DNA of 20,015 nucleotides from Candidatus Eiseniibacteriota bacterium. GTDB taxonomy: Bacteria; Eisenbacteria; RBG-16-71-46; JABDJR01; JAWXBZ01. The notes under the pieces are model-generated. The model ran no database searches and had not been told where the DNA came from. It saw only the letters and a program-made list of their open reading frames with translations. The translations under genes were made by a program, and so were the position numbers. Positions 8,259-14,846 of this stretch are shown piece by piece (position 1 is the first letter of the stretch; each line of letters opens with the position of its first letter). The stretch covers positions 1 through 20,015 of the forward strand of contig JAWXBZ010000153.1 of assembly GCA_034440375.1 (NCBI GenBank). The letters run 5' to 3'.

Positions 8259-8288
8259 ACGCTACTACATGGTGGTGGTGGGAGTCAA
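8259..8288 (-). promoter_or_regulatory. Putative sigma70 promoter of the B12 operon
   Basis: TTGACT (8288-8283), 18-nt spacer, TAGCGT (8264-8259), about 45 nt upstream of the riboswitch. Confidence 0.5.
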
Positions 8289-8370
8289 TTCGAAGAATAT
8301 TTCCTGACCTGGCGGGAAGTCCATTGGTCAGCCCGTACATTTCGAGGTCGGGACGGGCGTACCTCCTGAC

Positions 8371-8745
8371 TTATGCAAAGAGCCGTAGTCCGCTTCCCTC
8401 GAGGCGTTCGAAGTCGGACCGGTTTGTGGTGGCCAGCCGTGCCCCGATCCGGATCGATACGGCTGCCACCATGCAGTCCGCGAGGGTGCCGCGCCTCCGT
8501 CCCGAATCATTGAATAGCCGGGCGGCAATCTCCGCATCTTCTTCGGTAAAGGGTGTGCGTTCCGCCAGCAGCCGACCCGCAATGTCGATTTCACCGGCCG
8601 ACACGGGACCACAAAGGAACTCGGTCCAGGCGACGGCGCTGACCCCAAGCGCCTCTCCTGACTCGATCCACAGTCTGAACTGCCGATCCTGGGGGGTGCC
8701 GCGAATCAGACTTCGGATCAGGTAGCCGGTGTCGAGATGAATCAC
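8371..8745 (-). CDS. vapC: PIN-domain ribonuclease toxin, VapC family
   Basis: 124 aa with PIN motifs HLDTG, AWTEFL, LADCMVAA, LATTNRSDF. GTGA overlap with the upstream antitoxin. Confidence 0.9.
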   Translation of the reverse strand: MIHLDTGYLIRSLIRGTPQDRQFRLWIESGEALGVSAVAWTEFLCGPVSAGEIDIAGRLLAERTPFTEEDAEIAARLFNDSGRRRGTLADCMVAAVSIRIGARLATTNRSDFERLEGSGLRLFA

Positions 8746-9023
8746 GACTTCGTCCGCGAGCGCCGCGGGAAGCTGGCACGCTCATCGCGAACGATGGACT
8801 CCCAGTCGGCTGCATCCCGCTCGGACAGGTTCAATCGGCGTTGCAGCTCGTCCAGGGCCTTCCGCGGATCATCCGCGAGAGCCAGTTCGCCTTTTGCCGC
8901 GGCTCCGATGATCCGTCGCAGGGCCTCGGACTTGGAGACTTTCCAGCGCCGCGCCATCACGTCGAGTGCCCGCACCGTCCGGGTGTCCAGCGAGTAGGTT
9001 GTCTTGATGCTTGTTATGGCCAT
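8742..9023 (-). CDS. Ribbon-helix-helix (CopG-like) antitoxin, VapB-type
   Basis: 93 aa. N-terminus IKTTYSLD...VRALDVMARRWKVSKSEALRRII fits an RHH pattern. Directly upstream of and overlapping the PIN gene. Confidence 0.85.
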   Translation of the reverse strand: MAITSIKTTYSLDTRTVRALDVMARRWKVSKSEALRRIIGAAAKGELALADDPRKALDELQRRLNLSERDAADWESIVRDERASFPRRSRTKS

Positions 9024-9061
9024 AATGTAACTATAGTAAGGCCATACCCTGTTTCTGTCAA
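9014..9061 (-). promoter_or_regulatory. Sigma70 promoter and probable autoregulatory operator of the toxin-antitoxin operon
   Basis: TTGACA (9061-9056), 17-nt spacer, TACTAT (9038-9033). Perfect palindrome TTATGGCCATAA at 9014-9025 and near copy TAAGGCCATA at 9037-9046. Confidence 0.78.
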
Positions 9062-9082
9062 CCGAAACGGGCGCTCGCCCCT

Positions 9083-9706
9083 CTAGAAAACAATCCCGAA
9101 AGTCACCGGCACGACCTTGATGTTCTCCTCGTCGATGACACCCTTGTCGGTGTAAACATTGTCGAGGCGCCCCTCGGCGAAAATGCTCATCGATTTGCTC
9201 AGTCGAAACTGAAACCCGACCGCCCCGTTGATGCCGAATTCAACCTCGGGCTCTTCATTCGTGAGTTCGGGATCGTCGAGATCCTGCTTGATGCGGAAGG
9301 CCCCGACACCGGCCGAGACGTAAGGGCGAAAGGCGCCGAGCGGCAGCGCGTAGACGACGTTTCCGAGCCCCGACAGGATCTGCGTCGACGCGTCGGCTCC
9401 GACCGGAATGCCGCCCCCGGACACTTCGACGCCGCTCAGTTCAAATTTTTGGAAGGACAGGTCGAGGCGCACGCCGACCGGCATTCCGGCCGGCTGAAAT
9501 GTCACCATTCCCCGGCCGTTGAAGCCGGTATCGAAAGCACCCTTGAAATCCCCGGACACCGGCACACTGACGCCGCCGCCGAGCCAGAACCGGAGCGGCT
9601 TCTGCCCGCTGCCCATCATGGATTCGAACTGGGCACTGGCCGCCGGGGCGGTCATGAGAAGCGTCACCGCGGCAATCAAGGCGATCCGGACGGACTTTGA
9701 ATGCAC
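9083..9706 (-). CDS. Outer-membrane beta-barrel protein (small OmpA/OmpW-like barrel)
   Basis: AGGAGG then GTG at 9706. Signal peptide ending ASA-Q. Amphipathic strands, FRPYVSAGVG, and C-terminal VPVTFGIVF ending in Phe (BAM signal). Confidence 0.85.
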   Translation of the reverse strand: MHSKSVRIALIAAVTLLMTAPAASAQFESMMGSGQKPLRFWLGGGVSVPVSGDFKGAFDTGFNGRGMVTFQPAGMPVGVRLDLSFQKFELSGVEVSGGGIPVGADASTQILSGLGNVVYALPLGAFRPYVSAGVGAFRIKQDLDDPELTNEEPEVEFGINGAVGFQFRLSKSMSIFAEGRLDNVYTDKGVIDEENIKVVPVTFGIVF

Positions 9707-9754
9707 AAAGCCTCCTGCAAGTTCAGACGAGAGCAAAACGCGAGGGACGGCGGG

Positions 9755-10741
9755 TCACCCCCCGATGGCATGCATCGGGCGGTCGGGCTGGTGAAACTTT
9801 TTCGGATTGTTGATCTCGTGACCTTCCCACTTTTCGCGGACATTACCGCAAACGAGATCGGCGATGTCGCCGTCACCGGCGCCGCCCCGGAGCAGGGCCC
9901 GCACGTCGGCCTCCGCCAGCGCAAAGAGACAGTTGCGGAGCTTGCCATCCGCCGTCAACCGAATGCGACTACACGAGCCGCAAAAGGGTCGGCTGATCGA
10001 GGCGATTAGGCCGATACGTCCGATGCCATCCAGGAAGCGATATTCCTGCGCCGGCGCCTTCGGGTCGGCGCCGGGTACTGGCTCCAGCGGCCCGATGCCG
10101 TCGGTCAAAATGGCCAGGATGTCATCGGCCAGGAGGACCTGGTCCCGCCGCCAGCCATGATCAGCGTCGAGCGGCATGAACTCGATGTAGCGGATTTCAT
10201 GTCCTTCCCGCCGGCCAAACTCCGCCAGGGACACGATGTCCGGCTCGGAGAGCCCCTTCACGGCCACAGCATTCACCTTGATTGCGTCAAAGCCGGCCGT
10301 GCGGGCGCCTTCGATTCCGGCCAGGACCTGATCGAGCGCGTCCCGGCGGACGATTTGCCGAAAGCGTTCGCGGTCCAGCGAATCGAGGTGGACAGTCACC
10401 CGCGAAAGACCCGCCTCACGGAGCGGCACTGCGGCGTCGGCCAGGAGGAGGCCGTTGGTCGTCAGCGCGATCTCTTCAATTCCCGGGATGGCCTTTAGGA
10501 ACCGTACCAGTTCGGGCAGGTCGCGCCGGACCAGCGGTTCGCCACCGGTGAGGCGGATCTTCCGGACGCCGAGGCCGGCCACAACCCGCACGAAGCGGCC
10601 GATCTCCTCGTACGTCAGGAGGTCGGCGCGAGGCATGTAGTGGGGGTTGTCCTCCGGCATGCAGTAAAAGCAGCGGATGTTGCATCGGTCGGTGACCGAG
10701 ATGCGAAGGTTGTCGTGCCGGCGGCCGAATTTGTCGATCAT
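9755..10741 (-). CDS. moaA: GTP 3',8-cyclase (molybdenum cofactor biosynthesis radical SAM enzyme)
   Basis: DKFGR..NLRISVTDRCNIRCFYCMP (CxxxCxxC), RLTGGEPL, RYIEFMP, FCGSCSRIRLTADGKLRNCLF, C-terminal MHAIGG. Start is ATG 10741 or GTG 10744. Confidence 0.97.
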   Translation of the reverse strand: MIDKFGRRHDNLRISVTDRCNIRCFYCMPEDNPHYMPRADLLTYEEIGRFVRVVAGLGVRKIRLTGGEPLVRRDLPELVRFLKAIPGIEEIALTTNGLLLADAAVPLREAGLSRVTVHLDSLDRERFRQIVRRDALDQVLAGIEGARTAGFDAIKVNAVAVKGLSEPDIVSLAEFGRREGHEIRYIEFMPLDADHGWRRDQVLLADDILAILTDGIGPLEPVPGADPKAPAQEYRFLDGIGRIGLIASISRPFCGSCSRIRLTADGKLRNCLFALAEADVRALLRGGAGDGDIADLVCGNVREKWEGHEINNPKKFHQPDRPMHAIGG

Positions 10742-12036
10742 CACGCCTTCCGCGAGACAACCACGATCGTCTTGTCGTCGGCCGCCGGGGCGCCCTGCTC
10801 GTGGGCCAGCACGGCGGAAAAAATGGCGGACACCATGGCCTGCGGCGTGGCGCTACCTTCCGCAAAAGCGCCGACGGCCGCCTCGACCAGCCGGTCGTCG
10901 CCGAAGAAATCGTTGTCCCCCCGCACGGCCTCGGTGACACCGTCCGAGTACAGGATGAACTGGTCGCCCGGTTCCAGCGTCAGCTCGCCGCCGACGAACG
11001 GGATGTCCGGCAAGAGGCCAACCAGCGTCCCGCCGTCGTTGTGCCACTCGATTTCGCCCGAGACACGCAGAACGAGGGCCGGATTGTGCCCACCGTTGCA
11101 GTACGACACCCGCCCGGAAGCCGTGTCGACCGTGGCCCAGAAGAGAGTGACGAAACGCCCGTCGGTCATCGTCGACAGGAGCAGCTTGTTGAGCCGCGTC
11201 ATCAGGTCGGCCGGCCCGAGCCGTTGCGCGGCCAGCGCCCGCATGTTGGTCACGACGTTTACCATGTAGAGGCAGGCGGGCATCCCCTTGCCGGACACAT
11301 CGGCCACGGCCAGGTGGAGTGAGTCGTCGGTTTTTTCCAGGTGGTACAGATCGCCGCCGACCTGTCGGGCCGGCTCGTACGCGGCGGCTACCTCCCAGCC
11401 AGGCACGTCGGGCATCGAAGCCGGCAAGAGTGAATGCTGAATAGTCCGTGCCGCATCAAGTTCCCGCTCCAGTTCCCGTAGCCGTCGCTCCTCCGTGGCC
11501 AGGCGGGCGTTCTCCTGGATCTGGGCACACTGCATTCCCACGATCGAGAGGAGTCGCTGGTCGGCCTCACCGAACCCCTGCGGCGAATTCGCATTGAGCA
11601 CAGCCAGAAGCCCGATGATCTGCTTCTTGTAGAAAAGTGGCACGGCCAGGATCGAGCGGAGGCCGGGGGGACCACCGGCCGGGCCCATCTTGAGGCGCGG
11701 GTCGCCGGCCACATCGTTGGTCAGGAGCGGGGCCTGTTGGCGCTGGATCCAGTCCAGGATCTGGAGATTGATCCGGAGCGGTAACCCCGGAATTCCTCCC
11801 TCGAACACGCGGGCCACGGTGGCCAGCGGGGAGGTTTCAACGGTCGACATCTTCCAGATGGCACCCTGCTCGGCTTTGACGCGATCGACGCAGGTCTTGA
11901 TGATGGCCTGTTCGGCAGCTTCCGGACTCTCGGCCCGGGCTACCTGCATGGCCACATCGTTCAAGAAATCGAGTTCCTCAATGGCGGCATCAAGGCGGGC
12001 CGATTCGGGACGGGCGGCTTCGGGGGGCGTGGACAC
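10741..12036 (-). CDS. GAF-domain SpoIIE/RsbU-family PP2C phosphatase
   Basis: GAF domain (LRSILAVPLF...IIGLLAVLN...FGEADQRLL), coiled coil ERELDAARTIQ, PP2C motifs VGGDLY, ADVSGKG, NGGHNP, YSDGVTEA, DDKTIVV. GTG at 12036 is preceded by GGAG and lies downstream of a promoter. Confidence 0.92.
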   Translation of the reverse strand: MSTPPEAARPESARLDAAIEELDFLNDVAMQVARAESPEAAEQAIIKTCVDRVKAEQGAIWKMSTVETSPLATVARVFEGGIPGLPLRINLQILDWIQRQQAPLLTNDVAGDPRLKMGPAGGPPGLRSILAVPLFYKKQIIGLLAVLNANSPQGFGEADQRLLSIVGMQCAQIQENARLATEERRLRELERELDAARTIQHSLLPASMPDVPGWEVAAAYEPARQVGGDLYHLEKTDDSLHLAVADVSGKGMPACLYMVNVVTNMRALAAQRLGPADLMTRLNKLLLSTMTDGRFVTLFWATVDTASGRVSYCNGGHNPALVLRVSGEIEWHNDGGTLVGLLPDIPFVGGELTLEPGDQFILYSDGVTEAVRGDNDFFGDDRLVEAAVGAFAEGSATPQAMVSAIFSAVLAHEQGAPAADDKTIVVVSRKA

Positions 12037-12075
12037 TGGGGGACTCTCCGTTGGATGAGGGGGTGAATCCAACGA

Positions 12076-12104
12076 ATGGTACGCCCGCCGGGAAGGGGAC
12101 GCAA
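12076..12104 (-). promoter_or_regulatory. Putative sigma70 promoter for phosphatase-moaA(-OMP)
   Basis: TTGCGT (12104-12099), 17-nt spacer, TACCAT (12081-12076). Confidence 0.55.
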
Positions 12105-12184
12105 ACAGAGATCCCGGCTCTCCGGCGATCCTGTCAGGCACTCAGGTGGAGCATCCGCCGCCCTCCCGGCGCGACCGCCCGGGT

Positions 12185-12589
12185 TCAGGGGCTCGGTCGC
12201 TTGTCCCGTGGGAACAGGATCGCGTCGAGGCTGATCGGCCCCGCCCCGCGGGCCGCGATGAAGAGGAAGAGAAAGCAGTAAAGGACGGCCAGTTCGCCCT
12301 TGTTGACCGTCGGAAAGAAGCTCGATTTTGCGTGCACCATGAAGTAGGCCACCGCCATCTGGCCGCTAGCCAGGAACGCCGCAATGCTTGTCAGGAGGCC
12401 GAGGGCAATCAGGGTGCCGCCAACGAATTCGATGATTCCGGCGATCAACATCACCGGGTTGGACAGGTCGGCCCTCTCGCCGAGGAAGCCGAACAGCTTC
12501 TGGGCACCATGCAACGCAAACAGGAACCCGGCAACGACTCGAAGCATGGTGAAGAAAGCGGTCTCATACCTGCCGAGAAATGATTGCAT
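12185..12589 (-). CDS. DoxX family membrane protein
   Basis: SD GAGGAGG. Motifs LRVVAGFLFALHGAQKLFG, AGIIEFVGG, LASGQMAVAYFMVH, NKGELAVLYCF, GAGPISLD. Four hydrophobic helices. Confidence 0.93.
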   Translation of the reverse strand: MQSFLGRYETAFFTMLRVVAGFLFALHGAQKLFGFLGERADLSNPVMLIAGIIEFVGGTLIALGLLTSIAAFLASGQMAVAYFMVHAKSSFFPTVNKGELAVLYCFLFLFIAARGAGPISLDAILFPRDKRPSP

Positions 12590-12672
12590 GAATCCTCCTC
12601 AATAGAATTGGATGGGCATCCGGTCGAGGCTAGCACCGTGCCGCGGTGGGCGATAGAGGCCGCGAGTCTGCG

Positions 12673-12801
12673 GCCGTCACCGCACCCCAGGTCGACGATG
12701 GTCGCCGGCGCCTCGAGAGGCACGGCCGCCAGCAGGTCCAGCGCTGGTCGGTGCCGGTGTCCCGAAAACTTGCGATATTGCGAGGGGTCCCAGCCAGTCA
12801 T
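12673..12801 (-). pseudogene. tam: 5' remnant of trans-aconitate 2-methyltransferase (Tam-like)
   Basis: MTGWDPSQYRKFSGHRHRPALDLLAAVPLEAPATIVDLGCGDG matches the Tam N-terminus through SAM motif I. Similarity then stops and the frame runs out of frame into doxX. Confidence 0.75.
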
Positions 12802-12868
12802 GTCGCTTGCCGGCACATCACGATTGATACCAAAAACCCCACCCGGACCGAGTTCCTGCCGCTTTTCA

Positions 12869-14572
12869 TCAATCAGTCCTCCTGCCCCGCCGCACCGCCA
12901 GCACGGCCTCCACGAGCAGCGAAACCGCCAGCAGTGTGAGGGCCATCGAAATGACACCGTTCATCAGGGTGATGTCGGGGCGCAGACCGTGGGTTCGAAT
13001 CGACTCGATCGGGCCCGTCACCTGCTTGAATAAAGACCAGAGCGTGATCGTCATCACGAAAACCATCGGGGGGAGGGTGAACCAGACAGGTTTCCTGTTG
13101 CGATGCAGCCAGACGGTCACGCTGAGCAGGGTGAGTGCCGCCAGGAGCTGGTTCGAGGTGCCAAAGAGGATCCAGAACTTGAGATACGCCCCGGGCTCCG
13201 CGGTCATCAGGATCAAGGCGGGGATGGCGACCATGAGGCCGGTGGCGGCCAGGGCCCCGGCATTACGCGCCCAGCCGAACAGTTCCTGGATGATATACCG
13301 GCCAAGACGCGTCGCCACGTCCAGCGTGTCGAAGACAAACGTCGAAAAGGCCATCGCTCCGAACGTGATGGCGATGAGACGGTGCTGTTTGCCGATCACC
13401 ACGCACAGGTAGTCGCCGATCCCGTTACCGTAAATGGTACCCGGTGCCAGCCTGCCGGCGGTGATCGTGGCCTGGCTGACGATCATGACCGTGGACAGGG
13501 CAATCAATGCCACGAACGCCTCGAGAAGCATCGCTCCATAGCCAACCGGTTGGCAATGCGATTCGCTGGCAATCTGGCGCGAGGTGGTTCCCGAGCAGAC
13601 GAGCCCGTGAAAGCCGGAACAGGCTCCGCAGGCGATTGTCACGAAGAGAAATGGAAACAGCGAGCCCGTCTCGCCGGGCGCATTCCATGTCTTGAAACTC
13701 TCCTGCTGGATGGGAAAGCCGCCGAAAAAGATGCCGATGACGCCGGCAGCCAGCGCCAGGTACAGGACGAATCCGCCCAGGTAGCCGCGCGGCTGCAGCA
13801 GCAGCCACATCGGCAGGAGCGATGCCACGAAGCAGTAGCCCAGGATGATCAGCCCCCACGCCTTGCCCGGTGACAGGTACGGTATGGCCGGCAGCACCAT
13901 GAGCGAGTCGAATCGGGTACCGATCCACACGACGCCGAGCGTGGCCGGCACGAAGATCAGCGTCACCAGCCAGAGGGGCGGAGCAAACCGGTGCTGGACA
14001 AGTCCCATGACGATCGAAAGAAAAAGGTAGAAAATGCTGGCCCCGGCCACGGCACCACCGCGGTTGAAGTCGATGGCCACCCCGTTCAGTTCCTCGATCC
14101 GGCCAAGAAAGGTATTGGCGGTGATGTCGACAAACGCCACGATCACATAAATCAGCGCGATCCAGATGAAGAGCATGATCGAGATCCACGCGCGACGGCC
14201 AATGTTTTCCCGAACGATTTCCGCCACCGATCGGGCGTCATGTCGCACCGAGGCCACCAGCGCCGACAGGTCGTGCACCCCACCGATGAAGATGACGCCA
14301 ATGGTGATCCAGAGAATGCATGGTAACCAGCCGAACGACTGACATGCCAGGATCGGACCGGCGATGGGCCCGGCCGCCGCGATCGCGGCAAAATGTTGAC
14401 TCAGGAGATAGAAAGGGCGGGTGGGGATGAAGTCGCGCCCGTCATTGTGGCGCACCGCAGGAGTTTCGCGGCGGTCGTTCAGGCCAAACTGCCGGGCGAC
14501 CAGCCGCCCGTACAGCCGATAGCCGACCACCAGCACGGTGAGCACGACGACGGCCAGCAGTGGAAGCGTCAT
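12869..14572 (-). CDS. cstA: Carbon starvation protein A family transporter
   Basis: YRLYGRLV, TPAVRHNDGRDFIPT, HFAAIAAAGPIAGPI, LPMWLLLQPRGYL, FPFLFVTIACGACSGFH, VGYGAMLLE, TLDVATRLGRY, FGTSNQLLA. Many transmembrane helices. Confidence 0.95.
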   Translation of the reverse strand: MTLPLLAVVVLTVLVVGYRLYGRLVARQFGLNDRRETPAVRHNDGRDFIPTRPFYLLSQHFAAIAAAGPIAGPILACQSFGWLPCILWITIGVIFIGGVHDLSALVASVRHDARSVAEIVRENIGRRAWISIMLFIWIALIYVIVAFVDITANTFLGRIEELNGVAIDFNRGGAVAGASIFYLFLSIVMGLVQHRFAPPLWLVTLIFVPATLGVVWIGTRFDSLMVLPAIPYLSPGKAWGLIILGYCFVASLLPMWLLLQPRGYLGGFVLYLALAAGVIGIFFGGFPIQQESFKTWNAPGETGSLFPFLFVTIACGACSGFHGLVCSGTTSRQIASESHCQPVGYGAMLLEAFVALIALSTVMIVSQATITAGRLAPGTIYGNGIGDYLCVVIGKQHRLIAITFGAMAFSTFVFDTLDVATRLGRYIIQELFGWARNAGALAATGLMVAIPALILMTAEPGAYLKFWILFGTSNQLLAALTLLSVTVWLHRNRKPVWFTLPPMVFVMTITLWSLFKQVTGPIESIRTHGLRPDITLMNGVISMALTLLAVSLLVEAVLAVRRGRRTD

Positions 14573-14580
14573 GGCGGGAG

Positions 14581-14608
14581 ATCCTACGGAAGCATCGGTC
14601 GGTGTCAA
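14581..14608 (-). promoter_or_regulatory. Putative sigma70 promoter of cstA (leaderless geometry)
   Basis: TTGACA (14608-14603), 16-nt spacer, TAGGAT (14586-14581), 8 nt, ATG. No SD. Confidence 0.65.
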
Positions 14609-14688
14609 GGTGGGCGAGCGCTCTTCGCCAGGGAAGATCTAATCGGCTCCCGGTAAATGCGAGCCACCTCGGGAACCATGCGCCGGTC

Positions 14689-14802
14689 GGAGCCTGGATA
14701 CTGTTTCGAATACAGGAGCCTGGAACTCGGTCCAGACCGAGTTTGGTGCAGGAAATCTGATGGGATCAGATTTGGTTTAACTGCGGGTACTGGTTTCGAA
14801 AC
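14689..14802. repeat. Cluster of REP-like palindromes and short direct repeats
   Basis: AACTCGGTC-CA-GACCGAGTT (14724-14743), AAATCTGAT-GGG-ATCAGATTT (14753-14773), GGAGCCTGGA twice (14689, 14715), TACT(G)GTTTCGAA twice (14699, 14788). Confidence 0.65.
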
Positions 14803-14846
14803 GGACTATTCATGCCCGCCGGGCCAATCACCTGCGCAGTCCCACC

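Noticed and set aside
6942-8369. ORFs 6942-8156 (-), 8095-8340 (-) and 7887-8369 (+) crossing the riboswitch
   Set aside because: They overlap the riboswitch or the real CDS in another frame, have low-complexity translations, and show no support as leader peptides.
12037-12141. Longer N-terminus for the PP2C phosphatase
   Set aside because: The extension is Pro/Ser-rich and contains a good sigma70 promoter. GTG 12036 has an SD.
12451-12957. 168-aa ORF as an intact methyltransferase
   Set aside because: Only the central 43 codons are Tam-like. The ends overlap cstA and doxX out of frame.
14573-14608. TTG start for cstA at 14608
   Set aside because: That TTG is the start of the TTGACA -35 hexamer. 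The hydrophobic CstA N-terminus begins at ATG 14572.
14689-14802. Mini CRISPR array
   Set aside because: No identical repeats separated by unique spacers of regular length, and no cas genes in the window.
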